Assembly: GCA_977017645.1 (NCBI GenBank)
Contig: OZ360236.1
Location: 18,476,001 to 18,540,000, forward strand
Reading direction: 5' to 3'
Length of the DNA: 64,000 nucleotides
Origin: Torpedo marmorata
Taxonomy: Eukaryota
Below are positions 1 to 10,650 of the stretch, one piece after another (the stretch's first letter is position 1; each line of letters opens with the position of its first letter). A model generated the notes under the pieces. The model saw only the letters and a program-made list of their open reading frames with translations. It was not told the origin of the DNA and did not search any database. The translations under genes were made by a program, and so were the position numbers.

Positions 1-379
1 GTCTCATGTTATTGAAGGAGGAAAGAACCTGCATTCATTGTAGTTTTAGTGACCTCTGGGTTCAGCAGTATACTTCATAGCCAGTGAAGCATGTGCAATG
101 TAGCCAATTATGCATGTGCCACACGCAGGTTTGAAATAAATGCTGATATTATTTGCTTTGGATGTTAGCTGATCAACAAATGTTGCATTAGTGGGTGGTT
201 GGATGCTTGTGGGCTACAAATCCAGCAGCTACACGTTGTACCTCTTTAATCCGGCGACGTTCGGACCTGGCCATTGCCAGACCACAGAAAATGCCGGAAA
301 ACAGAAAATGACCCCTCAGGGAACCTCCTAAGTAAACATATCAAAGGTAGATCAAAGCTTAAAACAGGAAATAATACTG

Positions 380-560
380 TGGGGCGGCACGGTTAGCGTA
401 GTGGTTAGCGCCACGCCTTACAGCGCCAGCGATCGGGACCGTGGTTCAAGTCCCGCGCTGTCTTTAAGGAGTTTGTACTAACGGCGGCAGATTCAACCTT
501 TACATCGCCAGCGATCGAGACAGGGGTTTGAGTCCCGTGCTGTCTGTAAGGAGTTTGTAC
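380..560 (+). mobile_element. Two tandem 5' heads of the tRNA-derived V-SINE family
   Basis: GGCACGGTTAGCG...GGTTCAAGTCCCGCGCTGTC...AAGGAGTTTGTAC, then a second partial copy. Both stop at AGGAGTTTGTAC. Confidence 0.75.
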
Positions 561-956
561 CAGGTATGCGCTGCTTAACGTCCACGATACGTTCTGTGAA
601 ATTGGGCATTATGCGATGTGGACGTTGTGCGAACACCATATTATATACTTAGCAAAGCTATATGGGATACTGTAGTGTACCTGTAAACTTTTTATTTGTA
701 AGTACAGATCAGTGTGGGGACCAACACGGGGCTGTGGGGAGAGAGCGGGGCAGTGGGATCAGTGTGGGGACCGACACGGGGCTGTGGGGAGAGAGCGGGG
801 CAGTCGGATCAGTTTGGGTATACAGTATACAATTTCCTATAGCGATCGCTTTTTCTAAATTGATGCGGACTTGCTCACGGTAACTGAATAATTATGGGAC
901 CACAGATGCATATGCGGTCGGACGTTGCCCGAACGGACGTTAAGCGACGCATACCT
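561..956. mobile_element. Second Tigger-like MITE nested in the first
   Basis: TIRs CAGGTATGCGCTGCTTAACGTCC and GGACGTTAAGCGACGCATACCT. Confidence 0.7.
707..814. repeat. G-rich minisatellite, 50-bp unit x2
   Basis: GATCAGTGTGGGGACC(A/G)ACACGGGGCTGTGGGGAGAGAGCGGGGCAGT repeats, with GATC at 707, 757 and 807. Confidence 0.85.
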
Positions 957-1251
957 AAACGTGCCGGACCATGGGAGTTGCCAGACCACAGAGCGCCGCA
1001 TAAGAGAGTTGCAACCTGTATTATATCTCTGTGGTCACTGGAAGCTAATAGCTGCTGGGATATGTAGTTCTTGCTGATGATATTGCCATGAGACTGTCTT
1101 CTAGAAGGCTAAGGAATACTCATCCTCCTCATTATCCTCCATCCTCCTCACCTTTTCAATTGGAATCCTCGGTTAATGTGCAATGGTGACACCGACTGAA
1201 TCACAAATAAAATATGCCAGGCATATTAGATTTAAAGATATTGCAATGTTT

Positions 1252-4200
1252 TTTATTTTTATTTTTTATTTTAAAATATTTTATTTAAAATTTTAAATCA
1301 CTTGATAATACATATTATAAAATGCAAAATTATCAAAATACATGTGATATATTTTCACCCCCCTTCCCTCCCTAACCCTCCCACCCTTACTATTCTAATA
1401 ATATAAAAAGAAAGAAAGAAAAAGATAAAGTATGGAGAATGTCAATCTAAAAAGAACAACTACAAGCTAATTTTATTGTGGAACACAGGTTCGCCAGTCA
1501 GATCTGATATCCAGAGATGTTCAAATCCTTAGACCCACAGTTTTTATATATGGGCTCCATATTTTCAAAAAGAAATGATATTTGTTGCGTAAATTATGTA
1601 ATTTTTTTCAAGTGGTATAGCTGAACGAAGTTCTGCATGCCATCTTTCTAACCCTAAATCTACATCAGACTTCCATGTAATAGCAATGCATTTTTTTGAA
1701 ACAGCTAAAGCAATTCGCAAAAATTCTATTTGATACATATTTAATCTCATTTTAATACTAATTCTTTTAATATCTCCAAACAAAAATATCATAGGATCCA
1801 TTGGGAGTGTAATTCTTAATACTTAATCTAAAAACTTTTAAACTTTCAACCAGAAATCATATATCTTTGGACAGAGCCATGTAGAATGTACAAAAGAACC
1901 TTCTTCTCTATTACATCTAAAACATAAACCTGATAATGTCGAATTAAATTTCTTTAATTTCTTGGGTGTTAAATATAATTGATGCAAAAAGTTATATTGC
2001 ACTAACCTATATCTAACGTTAATAATCTTCGTCATACTTTGTTTACATATTTCTTTCCAATGTTCTTCATCTAATGTTACATTCAAATCCGATTCCCATT
2101 TTAATCTTGATTTCTGAATTCCTAGTTTAGGCATTTTTCTCTGTAACAATCTATACATTTGGGAAATAAATTTATTTATACCCCCATTAGTAACTAATAG
2201 TTCCAATTCACTTTGTCTTGGTAAAGTTAAACTATAACCCAACCTTTCAACTAAAAATGCTCTAATTTGTTAATAAGCAAAAAGTGTATTATTTAATACA
2301 TTAAATTTCTCTTTCTTTCAAGATTCAATTTATTGTCATAGTAATAAAACAGTGTCATATTCCATGAAATTTCTTTTTGCCTGCTGCAAGGCAGACAGAT
2401 TCGCCACCGGCAGAAATTGCCTAAGCGCCTCTAACATTCCTTACAGTCAGAGAAAGAGAAGCAGAAGTGAGTCCTCCCAGAGTCACCGAGTGTCCGTAGA
2501 TTCGCCTCCATCGCTTCCGCAGCCTCCGCAGCCACACAGAGTCCAGTCCAAACCATCGGCAACCCGAGCTCCAGATCCGAACCTCTGACACGGTCAGGGC
2601 GCCCTCGGCACTCCCTCGCATCCCGGTTCCGATACCTGGTGCTCCTCCAGCCAGTTCGAGCCAGCCTCCAGCCGTCCGCAGCCCGGCGTGAGTCTCCCGA
2701 CAGCAGCAGCCCACAGCCTCTGCGGGTTCCTCGCCTCGAGTCGCCAGCAGCCCGCCGCATGCACTGGTCCTTCAGCCTCAGCCCCTCACCGGTCCACCGC
2801 CGTGGTCACCGTCCCGTGGGTTGTCTCCTCCGCTTCTCCTTCTCAGATGGGGGGTGATCATTCTTTGAAAAGGAATAAATTTACTAGCTTCAAAACAATC
2901 ATTTATTTTTTAAATTCCTTTTTGAAACCAAATTTTTATATAATTGATTGTCAATAGTAAATGGAATAAGTTTATTTTGATATAAAGGCATTTTTCGAGA
3001 AATTAACCCTTTCCCTCCTTTCTCCCTATCCATTTTATTCCATATTTCTAACAGATGTTTTAAAATAGGAGAATTATTACCTTTCCTTAATAATAATTTA
3101 GAATTCCATTTATAAATAACTTCTTCTTTCAAACCCTCTCCTATATTATTTAATTCTATTCTATTCCAAGCAGAAGATTTTTCTAAATCAAACATTTCAT
3201 TAATAAATTTTAATTGAGCTGCTTTATAATAATTTTGAAAATTGGGAAGTTAAACCTCCCATTTCGTAATCCCAAGTTAATTTCTCCATACCTACTCTGG
3301 CCAACTTTCACTTCCACAAAAATTTCCTTATAATTAAATTTAAATCTTTGAAGAATTTTTGAGGAAATTCATAAGGATTTGATTGAAAAAGATATTGAAT
3401 TCTTGGAAAAACATTCTTTTTAATACAATTTACCCTTCCTATTAAAGTTATAGGTAAATCTTTCCAACTCTCTAAATCTTTTCTAATATTAGTAAATAAT
3501 GGTAAGTAATGTAATTTATATAAATTACCTAATTTTGTATCTATTTTTATTCGCAAATATTTAATTCCATTATTTGACCATTTAAAACGAGTAATTTCTT
3601 TACATTTATTATAATCTCCTTGCGTCAATGCCATAATTTCACTTTTATCAGAATTAATCTTATAACCAGATATTTCCCCATATTCTCTCAATAAAAGTCA
3701 ATTGTGTTAAAGAATCAATAGGTTTTGTCATGTAAATCAGTACATCATCTGCAAATAAACTAATTTTATGTTCTTCTTTTCCAACTTTAATACCTACAAT
3801 CTTAATATCTTGTCTAATTAATTCTGCTAAAGGTTCTATTGCTAAAATAAACAATGCTGGCGACAAAGGGCATCCTTGTCTAGTTGACCTGGTCAACAAA
3901 AATTTTGAAGAAATTTGTCCATTTGTCACCACTCTGGCAGAGGGATCTTTATATATAGTTTTAATCCAATTAATAAATGTAGTTCCAAAACCAAATTTTT
4001 CCAAACCTTTAAATAAATAATTGCACTCTAATCTATCGAAAGCCTTTTCGGCATCTAATGTTAATACTAGTGCTAATTCCTCTTCTTTTGTGCCACATTT
4101 ATTAAACTACCGTAATCAATCTGGCAATATTATCTTTTGAATATCTATTCTTATTAAAACCTGCTTGATCTACATGAATTAAATCTGGTAAATATTTAGC

Positions 4201-4354
4201 CACTCTATTTGCTAAAATTTTCGCCATTATCTTATCCACATTTAACAATGAAATTGGTCTATATGATTCTGTTTTCAACAAATCTCTATCTTTTTTAGGT
4301 ATAACTGTTATTATTGCATTTGAAAATGTTTCCAGTAGAGAATGAGATTCCGTT
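1252..4354 (-). mobile_element. L1-clade LINE, 5'-truncated and frameshifted ORF2 (RT + C-terminal Cys-rich domain)
   Basis: ORF pieces with RQGCPLSP, LFADD and CFRC...HSTWLC motifs. T-rich (polyA) tail at ~1250-1290. TSD AAGATATTGCAATGTTT at 1235-1251 and 4355-4371. Confidence 0.93.
2316..2857 (-). mobile_element. ~540-bp non-autonomous retroposon (unnamed family) inserted into the L1
   Basis: Interrupts L1 sequence that is contiguous in the second L1 copy (CTTTC|ATTCTTTG). Minus-strand tail ...CAATAAATTGAATCTTGAA. Related copies at ~33915, ~39983 and ~47833. Confidence 0.75.
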
Positions 4355-4458
4355 AAGATATTGCAATGTTTATGGTTATATGATGCGGAAACTCAAAAGT
4401 TGCGAAGATAATGAGACATCATCACTTTTATGCTTTAGATCACTACAATTTAAAGTAG

Positions 4459-5930
4459 AGGAGTGCGGTGGAACAGAGGGATCTGGGAATGCAGATACAT
4501 AGTTCACTGAAAGTGGTGTCACAAGTAGATAGTAAAGAGAGCTTTTGGCATATTGGCCTTCATAAATCAAAGTATTGAGTATAGGAGTTGGGATGTTATG
4601 GTAAAGTTGTATAACTCATTGGTGAGGCCAAATTTGAAGTATTGTGTGCAGTTTTGGTCACCTAACTACAGGAAAGATATGCAGAGAAGATTTACTTGGA
4701 TGTTGCCCGGACTTCAAGAACTGAGTTACAGGGAAAGGTTAAACAGGTTACGACTTTATTCCCTGGAGCGTAGAAGAATGACGGGAGATTTGATCGAGGT
4801 ATTTAAAATTATGAGGGGGATAGACAGAGTAAATGTAGATAGGTTTTTTTCCACTGAGGGTAGGTGAGATACAAACCAGAGGACATGGGTTAAGAGTGAA
4901 AGGGAAAGGTTTAGGGGGAATATGAGGGGGAACTTCTTCACACATAGAGTGGTGGGAGTGTGGAACGAGCTGCCAGCTGAAGTGGTGAATGTCAAGTCAA
5001 GTCACCTTTATTTGTCGTTCATTACCATATACACAGTAAGACGAGATAGCGTTTCTCCAAGACCATGGGCAGATGTACATAAATATCATAATACAATAGA
5101 AAAAAATGAAGCATGCTAGTACATATATATATCTAGGAATTGAGGAGCCTGATGGCTTGGGGGAAAAAAAATTGTTGCACAGTCTGGACGTACGAGCCCG
5201 AGTGCTTCGGTACCTCCTTCCAGATGGCAAAGGGGAAAACAGTTTACCAAAGGGGTGTGAGAAGTCCTTCACAATGTTTTTAGCCTTCCTCATGCATAGT
5301 GTGTTGTAGATGTCTGTCATGGTGGGGAGAGAGACTCCAATAATTTTCTCCGCTGCCCTCACTATCCTCTGCAGGGTCTTTCGGTCCGAGGTGGTACAGT
5401 TACCAAACCAAGCGGTGATGCAATTGCTCAGAATACTCTCAATTCATCCCCTGTAGAATGTAGTAAGGATAGGGGGTGGGAGATGAACTTTCCTCAGTCT
5501 TCGCAGGAGGCAAAGATGCTGCTGGACTTTCTTGACTATGGAACTGGTGTTTAGGGACCAGCTGAGACTCTCTGCCAAGTGCACTCCAAGAAACTTGGTA
5601 CTCTTTACGACCTCAATGGAAGAGCCGTCCATGGTCAAAGGAGAATGATCCCTCCGGGCCCTTCTGAAGTCGACAACCAACTCTTTTGTTTTGTTTACGT
5701 TCAGCTGCAGGTTGTTGTTTCTGCATTAGCGACTGCCCCTCATCTCTGCATGCTGACTCATCATTTTAACATTTTAACATTTAAGAAGAATTTGGACAGG
5801 TACATGGATGGGAGAGGTATGGAGGACAATGGACTGGTGCAGGTCAGTAGGACTAGGCAAAAAATAGTTCGGCACAGACTAGAAGGGCCGAAGGGGCTTG
5901 TTTCTGTGCTGTAATGTTCTCTGGTTCTAT
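4459..5930 (+). mobile_element. CR1 LINE 3' fragment, interrupted by a Rex1/Babar element
   Basis: ORF 4553-4867 has the CR1 ORF2 C-terminal motifs LVRPNLKYCVQFWSP and LYSLERRR..GDLIEVFKIMRG. CR1 sequence resumes at ~5762 and ends in a GTTCT-type tail. Confidence 0.85.
4991..5761 (-). mobile_element. Rex1/Babar LINE 3' fragment
   Basis: ORFs MVVDFRR...KFLGVHL...KKVQQHL..LRRLRK and HPFGKLFSPLPSGRRYRS. Tail AATAAAGGTGACTTGACTTGAC on the minus strand. Confidence 0.85.
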
Positions 5931-6061
5931 TGAGACAGATGATTGGTAAACAGAACTTGTCGTGGAAAATAATAGCAGCATCAGGATTTGGATCAGCTAA
6001 AGTTTATTACACTCTTCCCAACCTTTCTCTTATAAGGATACCATCCCTTTCTCCCAGTTTC

Positions 6062-6585
6062 TCCATCTCTGCCACATTTTTTTCTCAAGATGAGTCTGTT
6101 CTTCCAGAACAATTGAAATGTCTTTTTACAGGAAGCGTTTTCCCTTCCACTCAGGTTGATGGAACCTTCTCTTGCATTTCTTCCATTTTTCAGACTTCTG
6201 CTCTCACCCCATAGCCCCAGCAAACGGAAAAGACATTGAGGTCCCTTAGTCCTCAACTTTCACTTGACTCGCCTCCACATCCAGCACATCATCCTTGGCC
6301 TTTCTTGCCAGCTGCAACAGGATGCCACCACTTGTCACATCTTCCCCACCCTGTCCTTCTCTGCTGTGACCTCTCTGTCCATGAATTCTTGATCTACTCA
6401 TCCCTTCTGGCATACTCTTTGACCCCTTCAACTACAGGAGGTGCAACACTTGTTCTGACACCTCCTCCTTCATCATCATAACAGTCATTCCAGGTGAGGC
6501 AAAGATACACATGCACCTTCAACCTCGGCAACTGCATTCAGTGCTCCCAATATTGCCTCCTCTACGTTGGCAATACCAAGTGCAG
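6062..6585 (+). mobile_element. Degenerate Penelope-like element fragment (RT thumb to GIY-YIG region)
   Basis: Broken frames read FPST..D....ISSI.QTSALTP, LQQDATT.HIFP and CIQCSQYCLLYVG, typical of vertebrate Penelope ORFs. Confidence 0.6.
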
Positions 6586-6654
6586 AATATTTCCTTGCAT
6601 TTCAAAGTTATGCTTTTATTAATCTTGGAAGAGCTTTGGGAAGTACCAAATGAT

Positions 6655-6741
6655 TTTTATTTGAAGATTTTGAAGATTTACATGGTGAAAACATTAATTT
6701 TTATTTGAATATTTTAAAGATTTACATGGTGAAAACATTAA
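6655..6741. repeat. Tandem duplication of ~43 bp
   Basis: TTTTATTTGAA.ATTTT.AAGATTTACATGGTGAAAACATTAA occurs twice back to back. Confidence 0.85.
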
Positions 6742-7100
6742 GTCCCAGAAATACAGCCAATGTCCCTGGAATTTATTATTGAAATTGCCTAATGGGTCCG
6801 TACTGACCTCTGTGCCCATTCTGCTTTTGTTTTAATGACTTGTGACACAATCTTAATATTTTTCAAAAATTACCTTTGATAACTTTCCGAATGATTTGTT
6901 CGATTATTTGCCATTTCCAAGTTTGTAGAGAGTGCTATACTCCTAAAATGAGGTGACCAATGTTGAATGCATTACTACATTTAAATCCAACCAGTGCATT
7001 CATATCTCTATTTCTGAATCCCAAGACCACTTATGCTTTACTAATCATCCTCTTGTTATGCCTTGCCATCTTCAAAGGCTCTTGTATATACATACTCAGG

Positions 7101-7490
7101 CTCCTCAGGGGGATCTCATTGAAACATTTTGAATGTTGAAAGGCATGGACAGAGTAGATGTAGAAAGGTTGTTTCCCATGGTGGGAGAGTCGAGGGCACA
7201 ACTTTAGGATTGAAGGGCGTCCGCTTAGAACAGAGATACGGAAGGATTTCTTTAGCCAGAGGGTGGTGAATCCATGGAATTTGTTGCCACAGTCAGTTGT
7301 GGAGGCCAAGTTGTTGGGTGTATTTAAGCGAGAAATTGATGGACTCTTGATTAGACAGGGCATCAAAGGTTATGGGGAAAAGGCCAGGCAGTGGGATTGT
7401 GTGGTAAAATGGATCAGCTCATGATTGAATGGTGGGGCAAACTCGATGAGGTGAATAGCCTATTTCTGCTCCTATGTCTTGAGATCTTAT
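7101..7490 (+). mobile_element. CR1 LINE 3' end
   Basis: GGGGGATCTCATTGAAAC...GGGTGGTGAATCCATGGAATTTGTTGCCAC...CTGCTCCTATGTCTT. Same family as 17095-17403. Confidence 0.8.
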
Positions 7491-8134
7491 TCCTGTACAC
7501 CATTTGGAATGTGTCATTAAGTCTATATTTTCATTGTTCTTTTTTCAAAAGTATATTGCTTCACACATTCTTGCATTGGATTTCATCTGCAATTTGCCTG
7601 CCATTTCTACCAGCAAATCTATGTCCTCTTGCAGTCTGTTTCTACTTTTGTTACTGTTTTGGGTCATCTGTAAATTTTTATCCTGTACACTCATTTCACG
7701 ATACATTTGGCAAAAAGGTGATCCCAGCACTGACCCACGAGGAACACTGAAGTGTACCTTCTTGAACGGACCGTCAGTCCACAAAAGATTACCTCGTTCT
7801 CACAAAATTACCTCAATGCAGACCTTGCACTGTTTTAACTGCATTTTTCTCTGTAATACTCTTAACATTTTATTCTACACTTTTGCTTTATTTTCCTCTA
7901 CCTACTGTACTTAAGTACAAGTTGACCTGCTTGGAAAATACGCAAAACAAAGTTTTTCTATTGTATACATGCTACAAGAATAAACAATTCAGTTCTTGCC
8001 TTCTACTGTGATTTGGTAGTGACTGATTTTTAAAAAAAAAATGGGATTAACCAAATTCCATTTTTGATCAGTAAACACACAAGAGGTTGAAAAGCTTCTG
8101 ATTTTATTCTGGCTGCGTCATCTTCCTCTGTGGT

Positions 8135-8572
8135 AAAACACGAAAGTCTGCAGGCACCGTGATTGAAGTAAAAACACAATGCTGAAGAATCTTAACAGGT
8201 CAAACAGTGTACTTTATATAGCAAAGATAAAGATACATAACCAACGTTTTAGGCTTGAGCCCTTCATCAAGGTATGAAAAAATGTAGGCAGGCACCCATA
8301 CAAAATGGTGGGAGGGGGGTGCAGGGGGAGGAGCATGGTCCCACAGGCAGGAGGTAATACGTGGATAAGGGAGGGAGGGCACACCAGCAAGCAGGGAGAG
8401 GAAGGATGGCTCTGTGAATGGAGAGGGAAAGGGGTGGAGAGCTGGAGGAAAGAAGACAAAGGGAAAGGGAAGGGAGGGAGGACAGAGAGTAGGCTAGCAG
8501 AAACCAGAGAAGTTGATGTTAATGCCATCCGGTTGGAGAGTGCCCAGATGGAAAATTAAGATTTTCATCTTC
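8135..8572 (-). mobile_element. Penelope-like 3' terminal segment
   Basis: Minus strand reads ...LGTLQPDGINI.FSGF, then a pyrimidine-rich stretch and CTTGATGAAGGGCTCAAGCC...AACGTT. Shorter pieces at ~9362-9452, ~15076-15140 and (opposite strand) ~30786-30955. Confidence 0.7.
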
Positions 8573-9699
8573 TGTGTGTAGATCACCTCACTTATTATTA
8601 ATCAGACCCACCCATCCTCTTGCTACTTACTCACTATTTGCATGGCTGTATAAGACTTGGGTTTCCTTTTACATTGACATCCTCAGGCCTATTTCTCAAG
8701 TTATTCTGCTGACGTGCATCATTGCCCCTCTTTATGCGTGTGCTTCTACACATTATTTATCAACAAGGGAGCATTGATATTGGATCCAGCTTGTGGAAAT
8801 ATCTTCCCTTCCATACCTTGGTTCTTTCTTCATTGAAGTAAGCTCTCCTCCAGTTAAGAAGCTTTACATTAAATTGTTCGATGACCTTCTTTACTGTTAA
8901 CCTAAACCTTCATAATTAGATGATCACAGCTTTCCAAGCATCTTTTCCTTGATCCTTGATACACTTGGCTTACTTCATTTCCCAGAATCAAATACAATAT
9001 TGTTTTGTACCTCATTGGCCAGAAAGTTCCCTGTCAAGGAAATTCTGTTGAACATATTTCAGGAAGTCCTTGCTTTGTTTTGTCCTTTCACATTATTCCA
9101 ATCGTAAAAGGGTTCATGAAATTGCCCAATCTTAGAACAATAGTACTTGCACATTATTGTAATTTCCCAGCAGATTTGCCACTCTTGTTGCGCTTGTTAC
9201 TGGGGAAACCCCCGATAGTGTGATTGCTCCCCCCTTGCTTCCTAACTCTTAACTAAATAGATTGATACGACCTCACAAGGGTGCCCTGTCCCTCCAGCAC
9301 TATAATACCTCCTTTTAATCAGTACTGCGAACCCACTTTTTTTCTCCTTCCCCATCTTTCAAAGCACAGAAATGCTGGAGGAACTCAGTAGGTCTTGCAG
9401 CATCCATTGGTAAAGATATATTACTGACGTTTTGGGCCTGAGCCCTTTCTCAAAATATCTTTTATACACTAATATCCAGTGCTTAATCCTGATCATTTTT
9501 GTTCCTGCACAACTGTTTCTGCAGCCAACTAAACTTCACAAAGCATCATGAATGTGTTCCGTCTATTTTTTCCTGTATTTTCTCACTTCGTCTGCTCCCA
9601 TTTAAACTGCACCATTTTCTATTTTCACACTGTCCACCACACCAGCTGCCTTGTGCACCTAACTGCATGCAGGTGTCCTGAGAGTTTGGTGTGAACCTC

Positions 9700-10260
9700 C
9701 CAGCTCTGACATCCATCTTGCACAGGTCCTCTTATCCCAGGACTCACTCCATTGCCCCAAAAATGGGAAGCCTCCTGTACATCATGAGTTACTCAGCCAT
9801 TAATGTTGCACTCCTGATCCGCTAACAACTACCGTCACCTTTGCTCTTTTGATGCAGAGAAGATGATTGGGGAAACATTTAAAGAAGATGAACTTGTGAT
9901 TCCGGCTGAGGAGCAACTACAACAATATCCTTGTGTTGTATTGGTTAGCCTTTGGCAACCACTGCTAATTTGCTTTGTACTTGGCAGCGGAGAGTTTTTA
10001 AACCCTTGTTTCCTGTTCAGCTTGGTTTTATCAGAGCTGTTTTGGTGCTGTCATTGGCTAAATGCTGCCTTTAAGGTCAAGGCAGCCATTGTCAGAACAG
10101 TCCTGGAATTCTCCGTATGGTCATGGTGGAACCCGAAATGAGTTTTCGTAAGAGTTACTTCATGGCACTGCCAGTAACACCTGTCATCACTTTTCTGGGC
10201 TGAAAGTAGGTTTTGTGACGGGATTGGAAGTTCCACTTGAGGTCAAGACAGACAAGATCG
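9700..10260 (-). mobile_element. Possible highly decayed RTE-clade LINE fragment
   Basis: Interrupted minus-strand frames give EFQDCSDN, VQSKL and SKGDGS, resembling the RTE QDWFDEN...LRSKDG linker. Many stops. Confidence 0.35.
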
Positions 10261-10469
10261 TCAATGGTCTGGTCCACTTAAAATGATGGCCTGATCCACT
10301 TAAAATGATGGCCTGAAAGGAAGCTGTGAGGTAATGGCAAGTGCATGAAGCTTATTGTAGGTTGGAGTTGAGTGGGACAAATCAAGCTGATGGTAAATAC
10401 CATTCAGATTGCATGGAAGTTCTGGAGGAGGCAGGAGATGCGTTGGAGGCATAGCTGAGCCTCCTCATT

Positions 10470-10650
10470 ACACATAGAACATAGAACAGCACAGGAACAG
10501 GCCCTTTGGCCCACGTGTCTGTGGTAAGCACAATGCCCAAGTTAAACTACTTGGTACTTAAAATTGTTACTTGCACATGACATATATCCCTCTATGCCCT
10601 CCATATTCATGTGTCTGCCTGGAAGCCTTTTAAACTAGTTTATCTGCTTC
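10470..10650 (-). mobile_element. CR1-type 3' tail
   Basis: ACATAGAACATAGAACAGCACAGGAACAGGCCC is the reverse complement of the CR1 GTTCTAT tail. Similar sequence at 40262. Confidence 0.65.

Larger units (their letters stand above)
232..1018. mobile_element. Tigger/pogo-like (Tc1/mariner) MITE containing nested elements
   Basis: Imperfect TIRs: CACGTTGTACCTCTTTAATCCGGCG at 232 vs the reverse complement of CGCCGCATAAGAGAGTTGCAACCTG ending 1018. Flanked by TA (230-231, 1019-1020). Confidence 0.7.

Noticed and set aside
380-470. tRNA gene (A/B-box-like sequence), also at the other SINE heads
   Set aside because: No complete cloverleaf. The heads continue into the V-SINE body and are dispersed repeats.
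707-814. CRISPR-like repeat array
   Set aside because: Only two contiguous tandem units with no unique spacers, in a eukaryotic context.
10272-10315. 21-22-bp tandem duplication TCCACTTAAA(A)TGATGGCCTGA
   Set aside because: A simple slippage duplication with no sign of function.
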